A stretch of 64,000 bases of DNA from the human T2T-CHM13v2.0 reference genome, Homo sapiens. Where the stretch lies: assembly GCF_009914755.1 (NCBI RefSeq), contig NC_060938.1; one strand, given 5' to 3'. The notes beneath the pieces were generated by a model, which worked only from the letters and a program-made list of their open reading frames with translations, was not told where the DNA came from and did no database searches. Made by a program: the position numbers and the translations under genes. This document shows, piece after piece, positions 31,481 to 45,982 of the stretch (position 1 is the first letter of the stretch; each line of letters starts with the position of its first letter).

Positions 31481-31769
31481 AAACTACGTTAAACAGACTT
31501 GCAGAAACAACAAATTGATTCATTTCAACAAAATGCACATTAAGCAATTTATTAGTGCCAGCTACTGAGAAGTGGCTCAAAATCTGATATGAGAGCCAGA
31601 TATGTAAACAAACCACAAATTTTTTACGGGGGCATTAAGAAAGTACACAGTCAAGTGGAGCTAAGGGTAACCTTGAGAATGAACTTAATGAGGAAGAACC
31701 ATAAAAAGAAAGGAGTGAAGTAGTATAGTGAATGAAAAACTTAAGTTTTGCCATCATGATTTTCCAATT

Positions 31770-32452
31770 TAGCAAACCAGAATCCGGGGATGCATCCTTG
31801 ACACCTCCTTTTCACTCATTCCTACCTTCCCCACATGGCTATCTAATTTTCAAGACCTTTCCATTTTATCCACTAAAATGCTTTTAATTCTACCTCCTTC
31901 TCTCCAGCTCCACCTATCCTAATCCAAGTGACCATCAATTCACATCCAGAACACAGTAACATCCTTCTAATTGGTTCACCCACATTGAATCCATTTTCCA
32001 CACTACAGCCAGAGTGATCTTTTCAAAATAATTTTGTCAGCCCTGTTACACGGCTCTACATAATCTCAGCCCTTCATACTTCTTTAGCCTCGTGGGCCTT
32101 CTTTAAATTGCTCATAGGGGCTATCTTCCCTCCTGCCAAGCCATTTGTTCTACCTAGAATGACTCTTACTCAACTTTCAGATCTCAGCTCAGTCAGCCTT
32201 TCTTCAGGAAGCCCTCCTTAACTGGGGCATGTCCTCTACCATACAATTCTGTAGCCCTATGCATCTTTCCACTATCGCATGCATCTCAGTTCATAAATAA
32301 GGTTGTATTTATGTATTTATTTAATATCTAGCTCCTCCTCTAGAATATAAACTTATTAAAAGACAAGGTTTCTGCTCATCACTGTTTCCAAGTGTAAGCA
32401 TTATCCCAATGACAGAGACATTAAATAAACAGAAGGAAAGAGTAAATGAATA
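31770..32452 (+). mobile_element. L2 3' end
   Basis: ccacactacagccagagtgatcttttcaaa, ttcaggaagccctcc, tagaatataaactt, aaatgaataa tail. Confidence 0.7.
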
Positions 32453-33129
32453 ATGTTAAGATATTGTTCTCTGTTCTGGGCTTCATCACATAGTCCATGC
32501 TAGCAAGGTGCAACTATCAAAAAAATAACATAGTCAAGGAAAAGTTTCCACAGGGTGTTTCCTAATGCATTTGATTGTGTTGTCTCGTTATGCAGTAACA
32601 AGCGACAGCTACAGATGAGTATCTTAAGATACACTTTGAGTACCTAATCTTAAAACTACCAAAACAAAGAGGTCAAAGTGCAGAACTCCCCCAGCCCTTT
32701 TCTATTTAATTTAGCTACTTAAGACAACAAAAGGAAAAATTACAGCTCTGCAGAGAACTTTAAAGAAGCAGAAAAAGATTTCCACACAACTAATACTTCA
32801 GAAATCTTTAGTGAATAAAGTATGGAATTTCTTACTTAGTAGAAAATGGCTCTATCAATGATTCAACAATCAGAAAAAAACACTAATGGTAGAAAAATCA
32901 GTAGATCAATCACACAAAGATTAACTTGTTCATACTAAACCAAACTTAGTAAAATAGAAAGTAGCAGACTTAGCAGGGCTTACAAAAAATGTGCTGAACA
33001 AGAAAGGAAACAAAACACGTCCAATTAAACTCACTTTTAAATGTTCTGCAATATATAATCCTCCATAACAAAACTCAAAACAAAGATACTTTGTACATTG
33101 AAAATAAACTAGTTTATCTGAAAAATCCC

Positions 33130-34783
33130 ATATTAACAATCTTACATTCATATAGAATGACAAAAGACCCCATATAGCCAAAACAATCCTGAGCTAAAAA
33201 GAACAAAGCTGGAGGCAGCATACTCCCTAATTTCAAAACATTATAAAGCAATTGTAATCAAAACAGCATGGTACTAGAAAAAAACAGATGCATCAACCTA
33301 CGAACAGAGGAGAAAACCCGGAAATAAACACACACATTTGCGGTCAACTGATTTTTTATGAAGATGCCAAGAACACACAATGGGGAAAGGATAGTGTCCT
33401 CAATAAATTGTGTTGACAAAACTGCATATACATGCTAAATAATGAAATTAGGCCCTTATAACACACAAAAAAGTCAACTCAAAATGGAGAAACACTTAAA
33501 TATAAGACCTGAAACTGTAAAACCACTAGAAGAAAACATAGGCAAAAAGCTCCATGACTTTGGTTTAGGCAATGGTTTCTTGGATATGACCCCAAAAGCA
33601 CAAGCAACAAAAGCAAAAAACAGGCAAATCAGATCACATCAAAATATAAAGCTTCTGCATAGCAAAAGAAACAATTAATAAAGTGAAGAGACAATCCACA
33701 GGATGGGAGAAATATCTGCAAACCATATGTCTGACAAGGCGTTAATATCCAAAATATATAAAGAACTCAAACAACTCAATAGCAAAAAAAAAAAAAATTT
33801 AAAATGGGCAGAGGACCTGAACAGACATTTCTCAAAAGAAGACATACAATGGTCAATAGGTACATTTTTAAAAATATTCAGCAAAAGTAAACTTTAGGAA
33901 AATCCAAGTTAAAACCACAGTGAGATATCACCTCACACCTGTTAAAATGGCTTTTATCAAAAAGATGAAAGATAAGTGTTGGACATGACATGAAGGAAAG
34001 GGACCCCTTGTACCCTACTGGGAACGTAAACTAGTACAGCCATTATGGAAAACTGTATGGAGGGTCTTCAAAAAATAAAAATAAGACTACTATATGACCC
34101 ATTAATCCCATTTCTGGATATATACCCAAAGCTACTGAAATCAGTATGTCAAAGGGATATCTGCACTCTCATGTTCATTGCAGCATTATTCACAACAGCC
34201 AAGATCGGCAAACAACCTAAGTGTCTATCAGTGAATGAATGGATACAGAAAATGTAGTATATATACACAATGCAATACTATTCAGCCTTTAAAAAGGGAG
34301 AAATCCTGTCATTTGCAAAAACATGGATGAATCTGAAGACATTATGTTAAGTAAAAAAGGCCAGGCACAGAAAGACAAACACTATATGATCCCACTTGTG
34401 TATGAACTCTAATAAAGTTTAACTCATAGAAAGATAGAGTAGAATAATGGTTACCAGAGGGTGGCGGGGAGAGGGGGTGAAGAGGGAGAGAAAGGGGAGT
34501 TGTTGATCAAACAGTCCAAAGTTTCAGACAGACAGGAGGAATAGGTTTTGAGATGTATTGCACATCAGGATGACCAATGTCAATAATAATGTATTATATA
34601 TTTCAAAATAACTGAGAGAATAAATTTCAAATGTCTCACCATAAAAAATGATAAGCAAGGTGATAGATGTTAATTAACTTGATTTGATCATGCCACATTG
34701 CATACATATATTAAAACATCATATTATACCCCATAAATGTATACAACTATGATTTTTCAGCAAGAAAACAATAATAAAAAGTA
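33130..34783 (+). mobile_element. 5'-truncated L1MA (L1MA4-6-like)
   Basis: ORF2 3' part and 3'UTR (aaagtttcagacagacaggaggaatag); ends about 160 bp from the coding exon 4 donor. Confidence 0.88.
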
Positions 34784-34942
34784 AAAGTCGTTTACTTGGT
34801 TCCAAAAAAAGGGATCAGTATAAAGTTACTAATGATCAAATTCTTGGTTAAAATATAGCCTTAAAGTTCAAGCGTTAGTCATTTATATACAATAGAAGCA
34901 TAAGGAAATACTGCACACAAATTACAGAATGGTACAAAGTAC

Positions 34943-35061
34943 CTGAGTCATATCATCAGTCTCTTGAACAAACCGGACACCAGTTCTTGATCTCATTCGT
35001 TTAATACCCTGTGGATCCCCATAGTCCTTGAGAGGTGAGGTAGGTGGAAAATGATGGAGCT
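34943..35061 (-). CDS. CEP128: CEP128 coding exon 4 (119 nt, (E)LHHFPPTSPLKDYGDPQGIKRMRSRTGVRFVQETDDMTQ)
   Basis: Acceptor ttttctttcacttgtgaAG|AG, donor CAG|GTACTT; phase 1-0 completes the split Glu codon. Confidence 0.93.
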
Positions 35062-36087
35062 CTTCACAAGTGAAAGAAAAGGGAAGGTATTAAAATACTG
35101 CATGAGAAGAGACAATCTAAAATTTTACTCAGTACAAACATGGCAGACATGGATATACATATATTCATGTCCCTAACCCAGACTATTTCCCAAGTATCTT
35201 GCTATGGCCATAAAGTTCCACCAAATTAGCATTAATCATGCTCTTAAAGCAGATAAAATGAACAACAGAAATAACCTGGAAATAGAACACTCAAAAGTTT
35301 CAATTTGTTATACTCTCCAAAGAAGCAACATATTTTCTCATACAAAAATAATAAATTTCTAAATAAAAAACTCATATGACCCCTTAATATAACTTAATAC
35401 TAAAAAAAACAACTTTTCAAACTACATAGTCTACAATCTGAACAGCATATAAAAATAAAAACTAACTACATGAAAAAATAGTGCCCAATTTTTAATCATT
35501 GTTACCATAATCAACAGTAATATTAACGATGTAAGGTACCAATGTTCAATTATCTAAATCACCTTCCTTCACTGCAGGCTTTTCGATTCAAACATGAATC
35601 TCAGTGCTATACAAAAGTGTAAGTAAGATTAATTAAGACAAACTGTCATAAGCTTTAAGCTAGCCATTCATATCTACCTGCATGCCAAGACTAAAATTCA
35701 CCTGGTCTTAACAAGCATCACAGGGTATTTCATAAAACATGTGAAAATCTATTACGCTAGGACAGGATACCTAACCTAAAAAGTGTATCACATAGCGAAT
35801 TTATGTATTTGTTTTGATTCTTTGGCAGCAGACAATTAAATCTAAGTTTTTGTCAGGTAAAGCTCTAATGTGGTCTACAGAGTTTGAGAAAAAAAAAAAA
35901 ACAATATAACAACAAAGACCCTTCAATATATTTCAAAGCATGTACTATAAAATCCTTGACAACTACATGTACTATCATCCAATCTGCATGAAGTTATGTG
36001 TGGGTCATATTTCTCCAAAAATTAAATGTATTCAATATCTACTTCAAAAATATTTTTAATGTTTTTCAGAACATTTGAAGTGTTTAC

Positions 36088-36214
36088 CTGACCCAGTGCC
36101 ACCATCAAGGTCACTTGCACTCAAACTTGTAACAGAAATACTTCTCCCTCCTGAGTTTCTCAATAAACGTTGACTCCGGAGTTGGTCGATTGATTGTTCC
36201 AAGCTTTCTTTTAA
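36088..36214 (-). CDS. CEP128: CEP128 coding exon 3 (127 nt, LKESLEQSIDQLRSQRLLRNSGGRSISVTSLSASDLDGGTGS)
   Basis: Acceptor ctttaaattAG|TTA, donor TCAG|GTAAAC; phase 0-1. Confidence 0.95.
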
Positions 36215-37517
36215 CTAATTTAAAGAATATAATGAATGAAGCGTTATTCTTCTTAAACAACTTCCAAATACAAATAGACCACAGATTTTCAAAGCTATTT
36301 CTGAAATATCTGGGTTCCCCCCAAAAAAAGGTATCAGAAAATTTTAAACTAAGTTATGTTTAAAATATAAAAATAGTAAATACAAATATTTTAAGAACCA
36401 ATGCTAAAATCTGGTTTTAAAAGGCATCTGTCACTACCTATTCCATTTTTTATTGCCAGATGTGGAAGAGATGTCTACTGTGTAAGGGCTTACAAAACCA
36501 AATTGAAATGTCTAATTGGTGCACCACTCATGCAAAGAAACATAACAAGGTCAACACAACTGAAAGAAGACAGAAAGCTTTCCTCCCTTCTAAATATTCC
36601 TTCAGAAACTCCAGGTCTACAACAAATAGGAAACTAAACAGCTGTCACAGTGACAGCTGCTACTGAAACAATGTACACTGTCCAACTTTATCAGAGTACC
36701 TCTTTCAGTCATTCAAAGACTTCAAATCCCAGAAAATGATTGGGTCAGATATCAGACTGCCAGTACACACTAAGAACTACAGTTGTCCAAATGCTTTATT
36801 CAGTTTATTAAGGAGTCAGCCAACAGGGAACATATAAAAACATACCTTTAGACTTAAAGAGCTACATTAAATAAAAACATGCTAAATACTGAGAATAATG
36901 TCCAGAGCTGTACACAACTATAGGCCTGAGAAGAGGATTCGACTAAGACCCAAGGGAAAAAAAATTAAAGCTGAAGAAAATCCATACACCCTGAATTGCT
37001 GGGAAACTTCGGGTCTAGATATCTTATTCAAGGATGAATAGAAAGTAATAATTTTAAACATAATGCATGGATCCATGGAACAAGTCATCTATAACTCTTT
37101 AAGTAGAATGTCAAAACAAAATGATTAGTTGAGAAGACAAGGTTTCCTAAATTCAGCCAGCGTTAAAAGGTAGAACACCATTTACGGGGAGAACAAGTTG
37201 CTTTACTTGGTGAAATGAGCAGAAAGAAAGGAGCCTCAACCGAAGGAAAAGAACAGATGAAACAGAATGTGAGTCACAAATGAAGCAAACCCTTTTTCAG
37301 TCTGGCTATTTGGATTTGGCTGCTCTAATTGAAACAATCTGTATTAAAAGAAGTAGAGTTAGAATTTCAGGAAGCTGCTTCTTTTGTCCCTCTCATTTCC
37401 GAAAGAAAAAAAAAAGAGGGGTTTCCACATCCCTCTGTCTCCTCCTTACCTAAACTGGGATATGTACAATACCATCCTGCCTTGAGTATTCGCCAGCCAG
37501 CTATAAGATGCAGCATC

Positions 37518-37837
<320 letters not shown>

Positions 37838-38149
37838 CTATGAGGCCCAGGAAAACCAAGGTTTACCTTGAGAGTAATTTACACATAAGTAAAATAACAT
37901 ATAAGTAGACCAGAGGTCTTATGTAGTGATCACAAAGTAGTATATCAGTAATCTATGACAAAATTATCAGAATAAAACTAAACAATATTAAAGCTAAAAA
38001 GCTCAAATTCAAACTGTAACATGAGAAACAGACTAGAAAAGTCACTACAGTGATTTTGATCATAAAAATTAGCGTCAGAAATAAAACGTAAAATCAGCTC
38101 TCTTAACTTTTGCTGTGTTTATTATTTCCATCTTTCAAGCTAAACTCAA

Positions 38150-39420
38150 TTTCAGTATCCTTTTGAAAGCAGAGTCAGCTATCATTTCTTACTACTGCTT
38201 CTTTTTGAAGGTAATCTGCCTTTTCAGCTCTGGCTATTTTTAAGATTTTCTCTTTACTTTTGTCAGTGATTTTATTATGTATCATTATGTACAGTTTTAT
38301 TTGTATTTATCCCATTTCCGACCCACAGAGATCACAAAATCCATAGCTTAATAAATTTCATATGTTGTAAATTCTCAGGCATCATCTTTTCAAACATTGT
38401 TTTTGCCTCATTCTCTCTCCCCTCTCCTTCTGGAAATGCAACTGCATTTTAGTTATACCTTTTTACCAAATGCTGTTATGTCTTCTTTTCTCTTCTATAT
38501 TTTTTCAATCTTTCATTCTTCCATTCTTTTTGGATATCTTATGCTGGTTTATCTTTCAATTCATGAATTCTCTTTCAACTATACACAAGCTGTTGTTCAC
38601 TCTATTCATTAAAGGTCAGTTGGTTATTTATTTATCTTATTTTTCAGTTTCTGAAATTTTCATTTGGTGCCTTTTAGTTTTCAATTATTTTCCAAAACTC
38701 TTAATCTACTCTTTTAATTTCTTGAACATGTTATTCATGGTTACCTTATAGTCCCATATATGTTTCTATTGTCTGCTTCTTCCCTTGGTTTTCAGACACC
38801 TTTTATATTCTCTTATGCCTGTGTATTCTTTATCATGTGATAGACATTTTACATGAGAAGTTGTAGAAATAATTTAAAGTTCTAGAGGATGACATCTTTC
38901 TTCAGAAAAATCTGGTTCTGCTTCTAATAGAAAGTCAGGTTAGGGTCACTAGCAATCTCAAATCACCTTAACCCAGTTAGGAACTGAAGTGGTTCAAGGA
39001 CTGGCTTCTGTCACCGTGAAGGCTGGTCTATTTTCAGTTTATCACTTCTCATTTCCAATTCACCACTTTGCCTATACTATCACCCTTTGGGGTGTCCATT
39101 AAAGCTAAAGGGTTCCTGAACTCCATCCAGCTTTGGTCTTCCTAGCCTCTTAAGTTAATTGATAACTCTGATCCTAGCCTCTCTGCTTTTAATCCACCTC
39201 TTTAGGAATCAGCTATCATCTTGAAGGAGGAAGAAAGTCCCAAATATAACCCTTCTGGACTTAAGTTTTTTGCCAGATTCTGACTACATAATTCCTCACT
39301 GCCTTAGTAGTTCTTTGATGGATTCATAATATTATTTTTTACTTTTTTTTCATGTTTCTAGTTGTTCTCAGTAGAAGAGTTGATCTGAAATAATCTTACC
39401 TACCAATGCCAAAAGCAGAT
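38150..39420 (-). mobile_element. Ancient L1M 5'/ORF1 region, reverse orientation
   Basis: T-rich reverse ORF1 motifs (ttttgaaggtaatctg, gctatttttaagattttctcttt, aaattctcaggcatcatc). Confidence 0.6.
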
Positions 39421-39499
39421 CTTGCCAGCATCCTTTTTATGTAGGCTTATTTGCTAACAAATCCTAAGCTGTAACTAAAAGCTCAGAAATAAAGTGAAT

Positions 39500-39502
<3 letters not shown>

Positions 39503-39542
<40 letters not shown>
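39503..39542. repeat. (CA)20 microsatellite
   Basis: Perfect CA run. Confidence 0.98.
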
Positions 39543-39546
<4 letters not shown>

Positions 39547-40420
39547 AACTCCCTGCCACCAAAAGAAAAAAAGTTACCATGGGACATAACAGAAGAACAT
39601 TAAAGAACAAGAGAAGTGAAACACTTCCCCAAAATCTAATCTATCAACCCCATTTTAAAACTCTAAAAAGATATATCCGAAGCCATTGAAGATGAATAGG
39701 ATGATTTTTAAGGTCCAAAAAATAAAATTACGTTATGTAAAGGGAGATGAATGAAATAAAGGCGATTTTAAATTACTCTTCCAAGCATTATGGCAAAAAC
39801 AATTTTTGCACCTAAAACATAAAACTAAAAATGTAATAGAATTAAAATCTACACTTTAAGTAGTCACAACACAACACAACAGACACTGCACAAAATTTAG
39901 TGATGTATGGAGCCAATTTGATAACTCCTAAAACACAAAAACCAAGAAATAAAGAGACAAAGTACGAAGTCATAAAAATTGTTTTAAACTCTTTTGGATT
40001 ATAACATCTTACTAGGTGTAACGCCAAACCAAACAAAATTAAATAAAAACAAAATAATATTAATAAAACTCAATCTAACATTTTCTATGATGGATGATGT
40101 TATTTTCCTAAAACTAATCAATCTTACCAAAGACTGTGGTACTAACTACAATGTTATAAATTCTTTTGAGTCTACTAGGACTACCTCACCAGATACCAAA
40201 TGATGATCCTATTTTCCCCCACTTTCCCCTATATGAAATATTGTAAAATGGACATCATAGAACATAATATAATGTATATTAATACCTCACTTGATATAAA
40301 TGCATGATTTAAAGATTAGGTCTATTCTTTTACCTCTGTTCTTTTGATATTAGACTGAAACAATGGAAACTACTGTGCACCAGTATAAATGCAAATAAAA
40401 TTTGGGCACTGGAATTGAAT

Positions 40421-40840
40421 GGCTATGATCTGGATCTGGGTCCTCACCGAATTCTCATGTTCAATTATAATTCCCAGTGTTGGAAGTGGAGCCTGGTGAG
40501 AGGTCACTGGATCATGGGGGCAGAGTTCTTATGAATGGTCTAGCACCATCCCCGCTTGGTACTGTATAGTGAGTGAGTTATCATGAGATCTGGTTGTTTA
40601 AAAGTGTGTAGCACCTCCCCACTCCTTCCCGTGCTCCTACTCCGGCCATATGATGTGTGTGCTTCCCCTTTGCCTTCCACCATGATTGTACGTTTCCTGA
40701 GTCCTCCTAGAAGCTAAGCAGATACCAACATCATGCTTCCTATACAGCCTGTGGAACGGTGAGCCAATTAAACCTCTTTTCTTTATAAATTACCCAGTCT
40801 CAGGTAGTTCTTTATAGCAATGCAAGAATGGACTAACACA
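40421..40840 (+). mobile_element. MSTA/MSTB MaLR solo LTR
   Basis: atgagatctggttgtttaaaagtgtg...gagccaattaaacctcttttctttataaattacccagtctcagg...gactaacaca. Confidence 0.9.
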
Positions 40841-41356
40841 GGTAGTTTATCCAAATCATCAAGACATGCTTTTTTCTGACTTAAGCATGTAGTAGGCTCC
40901 CTCTAGCCAAAGATAAAACAATTTGAGCATAAATAAAAATATTAACTGCAATGGACTAAAACACTTTAAATATGCATATAATTGTAAGTTAATAATGATA
41001 CTCAAGGGGTAAAAAAAGTCATTGGTCACCACAAGAAGATGTAGGAAACCAATTATTTTGGAAACTGATATATAAATGAACTGAAAAATAACTGTAGATG
41101 CTTTTAGATTACCATGAAAATAAAATAACTAAATTTTAAAATTCTCACAGAGATCTCTGAAAGCCTTTTGATATCTCTATTTGGAAAAACTCTGATTAGA
41201 AACAAAATGTAACTCAAGGTTAATGAACTCAAAAAGAATGCATATAAAACGCAAAAGGATTGACTACACTCCAACCTAAATCTATGAAAGGAGATCATCT
41301 GGGCAACAATGGGTAATGCAAATAACAGAAGTGATCATTTAAAACATTGTAATTCA

Positions 41357-41675
41357 GGCCGGGTATGGTAGCTCACGCCTATAATCCCAGCACTTTGGGA
41401 GGCCAAGGCGGAAGGATCACTTGGGCCCCGGAGTTCAAGACCAGCCTGGCCAACATGGTAAGATCCCATCCCTACTAAAAAAGTAAAAAATAAAAAGTAG
41501 CCAGGTGTAGTGGTACACAACTGTAGTCTCAGCTACTCAGGAGGCTGAGGTAGGAGAATTGCTTTAGCCCAGTAGTTCAAGGCTACAGTGAGCTGTGATT
41601 GTACCACTGCACTCCAGCCTGGATAACACAGTAAGACTCTGTCTCAAAATAAGTAAACAAATAAAATTTTAAAAA
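41357..41675 (+). mobile_element. AluJ
   Basis: ggatcacttgggccccggagttcaag...ggctacagtgagctgtgattg. Confidence 0.92.
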
Positions 41676-42073
41676 TAGAAATATGTGATTCAGAAGGACC
41701 AAAGAAAAGCTTCATTTGCTTTCTTCAGCTGTACTACTTTTACTTCTGCCCCCGCTCTTTTCTGCATCTTTCACACCCCATCAGATAACTTTCTAACTTT
41801 CTTACATGTTTTATTTTGTGGATGAAATAAGATGATCTATGTAAAATAATTAGAACGATGCCTGAGGTAGATTTGGTTGTTCAGTAAATGATACTTTTTA
41901 TCATTATGATTAAAGGCAATGACAATAAAAGTAAAAAATAAATAGAATGATGAAATAGAATGCTTTAATCTGGAGAAGCTATTTTAAAGAGTTTGTCATT
42001 CCCTAAACATGTATTTACAACTCAGATGGAAATATCTGTTGAATTTATTTACTTCCCACTTATAAAACCACTC

Positions 42074-42457
<384 letters not shown>

Positions 42458-42991
42458 TTAACATTACAATATTTAGTGCTATGGAATATATCATACCTCA
42501 AATTGGGTATACATAATTTAATTTCCCAACTGCCCAATTCAAAGGAAATTTGCTACCCTAAGTAGGGATCTAATATTCAACTTTACAAAGTAGGACTATA
42601 CTCTACTAATGGTTAATAATAATGTTTTCAATTTTTCACTAATAAATTAAAAAGCAAAGACTCAATTCCCATTATTAATAAGGTAATGAATCTGAAACAT
42701 TTCATGAACTGCCCAAATATAACAAAGTCTATAGAGCTCCATTGGTCAAGTACATCATAAATCATAAAAATCCTGTAAATACAAGGATGTCCAAACTCAT
42801 TTTCTAAATAAAAATAGTAGAAACCCTTATGAGAGAAGATATGTTTCCCTGTGCCCATTAGCTTGCAATTACAAGTGATTAATGACAACTATACCTTTAC
42901 TTGTAAAAAAAAATAATAATAACAAGCCGTCAATTACAACTTGGGAGTTACGTGACAATTCAATACAACACAGATATGTATAAAACAGTCA

Positions 42992-43091
42992 TTATTCCTT
43001 CATGTTTCCAATGATAGGTACATATACAATGTGATTTTAGTGTTTTCATCACACTGTATATATACCCCTCATTAGAAACATGAAGGAATAA
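42992..43091. repeat. Inverted repeat: 44-bp arms, 12-nt loop
   Basis: Arms 42992-43035 and 43048-43091; 39 of 44 positions complementary, no gaps. Confidence 0.95.
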
Positions 43092-43661
43092 GTTTAATTG
43101 GTTTTCCAAGAGTTTACAGGACAGGAGTAAGCAATTCCAAAGGAAAGAAAAGTAGAAGATAGAATTAGTAAGACATTAATTAAAAATACATTATTAACTT
43201 TATTCCAGAACTCTGGAGTACATTTTTTTCTTACATCCCCATGTAAAGTAAGTATAAACTGGAACATCCTTGAAAGGGCAATTTTGAAATATCCAGCAAA
43301 TTTTTAAGTGCATATATCCTTTAACCCTGCAATTCTACTTCCAGCAATCCTACAGGATTACAAAAACATATGTATGTGTGTGTACAATAATGGTCACTGC
43401 TATAATGTTTATAATAAAAAGAAAAACTAGATACATTCATACTATGGAATACGGTATAACTGTTCAAAACAATGAAGTAGTGCTACACAAAGTTATATGG
43501 AAAGTGATATACATTATTAAATTTTAAAACGTTGTATAACATTATATTTAATATGATTCCATTTTTAAAGCAAATCGCACATATGCTTGTAAATACATAG
43601 AAAATGTTTGGAAACAAGCTCTCAAAATTGTTACCTCTTTTGAGTGGGGCTCAAAGGGAGC

Positions 43662-44077
43662 TTGGATAGAATTGGAGGCCATTATCCTAAGTGAAGTAAC
43701 TAAGGAATGAAAAACCAAATACCACTTCTTCTCGCTTATAAAGGAGAGCTAAGCTATGTGTACATAAAGGTGTACAGAGTGGTATAATGGACATTGGAGA
43801 CTCAGAAGGGACGCAAAGGTATACAGAGTGGTATAATGGACATTGGAGACTCAGAAGGTACGCAAAGGTATACAGAGTGGTATAATGGACAGTGGAGACT
43901 CAGAAGGGAGGAGGTTGGGAGCGGGGTAAAAGATGAAAACCTATCTATTGGGTACATTGTACACTATTTGGATGACAGGTGCACTAAAATCCCAGACTTC
44001 ATCACTATACAATTCATCCATGAAACCAAAAAACCACTTGTTCCACTACAGCAATAGAAATTTTAAAAAATTAAAAA
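43662..44077 (+). mobile_element. L1PA15/16-like 3' end
   Basis: gagctaagctatg...ctattgggtacattgtacactattt...aaaatcccagacttcatcactatac. Confidence 0.85.
43761..43908 (+). repeat. 3 x 49-bp tandem repeat inside the L1 3'UTR
   Basis: Unit aaaggtatacagagtggtataatggacattggagactcagaagggacgc starting at 43766, 43815 and 43864. Confidence 0.95.
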
Positions 44078-44458
44078 GGGGCTTTGAGAGAGGATTTTTT
44101 CATTTTTTGTTTTAACAATAAACACATATTACTTTAAAATAAACCATCCTTAAAATTCTTAACTCTACATGAGGGGTCTCTCCATGGCCCAAGTTTACCA
44201 AGTCTCCATTAAATTCATGTCTTGAATTCTACTCTCTCTGATGTAAAGCCTTCAAATTCAATAGAATCTAATTTATATAAGCTAGTTAGCAATCCATCTG
44301 ACAAGCTAACCTAAACTTAAACTATAAAATAATAAATCAGTTTAAAATCTAAAGCACTTCACAATGGTTTTTTCCTTTAGCTCACAGCCCCATTCCCCAA
44401 AACACTTCATTCCCAAAAAGGTGGGTAGGAGAAAATGCAAACAAATGTAGTTTCTCAC

Positions 44459-44545
44459 ATGTTCTATCGCACCCGCCTGTCCATTACTGTATTCTCGGTA
44501 TCGTCCAAGCATCTGGTCCACTTGTCGCAGGTTCCGACTGGTATC
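44459..44545 (-). CDS. CEP128: CEP128 coding exon 2 (87 nt, DTSRNLRQVDQMLGRYREYSNGQAGAIEH)
   Basis: Acceptor ttttctttctcaAG|GAT, donor CAT|GTGAGA; phase 0-0; in frame with the previous exon. Confidence 0.95.
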
Positions 44546-45062
44546 CTTGAGAAAGAAAATGGACTGAATTAATTATTCCAAATACTTTTTTTTCCTAATC
44601 AATCTTAGTAGTATGTCAATCAACTAAGTCAACAGTTTGTAAAATGTACAACTTTTATCATGGCTGAGTTGAATATCAATGTACTTCACACATATTAAGT
44701 AAATCTTAACACCACTGAGAGAAACTCAAATCCAACTGCAATTTACTTGTGTAAAATCTGAAGCACATAATGTAAATCCGTATTCAAGATTCCCTAGTAA
44801 GTCAGCAACAAAACCATAAATTCTCAGAATCATAATTTTCAATTTGTGCCCCTCAACCAATTCACACCCTCTTTATAGAAAAGGAATTCTGAAAGAGCAA
44901 ATCTAGTAGACTGTGTACAAGAGAAGAAAATCATTAAGATCAATGTGATTTTGACTATTCTTTTACCTCAGAACTTGAGGAGAAGAAAAACAACAAATTT
45001 AATTTTAATCACAAAAGAAATGGTTCTTATCTAAATATTCTAGATTTCACCTGGGAGATTAA

Positions 45063-45458
<396 letters not shown>

Positions 45459-45982
45459 CATTATGTTACTTTAAATGAGTTTAAAAAGGATAGGTCCTCT
45501 GGTTTTCAAATCAATGCATGGCTTCGCCACCAGAAATTACCCTCTTCTTATCTAAGCATATTAATCCAAAGCAATTAAAAGCCAAAATCCATTCTTAGCC
45601 AGGCTAAGGCAAAGGTAAGGGATTAATGCGTAGGAAATACCTTATATTTCTGAGTTTTCTTTTTTTCCCCTATAGCTGTGTTACACTTACCCCACCTCTT
45701 TTCTAAAGCCCTTTCTAAGAAAAGGAAGCAAAATGCCTCAACTCAAACCTCCAAATACTAGCAAAAATTAGCCTCTAAATTAAAATGGCACCTCTTTATT
45801 TTCACCCACAAATAATCTACCTCACCAAAACATGAGTAATTTCTCTAAAGGCACATGCCCATGAGAAGCTAAACTACAATCATTTCTACTGGTTTCACTC
45901 TCACGATATTTTATTTGGAAATACTGCTTTACCCTAAAACACTCTCCACCACCTATCACATATTTCAAATATCTTTACCAAC

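Noticed and set aside
43761-43908. CRISPR-like array
   Set aside because: Head-to-tail repeats with no unique spacers, L1-derived, in eukaryotic DNA.
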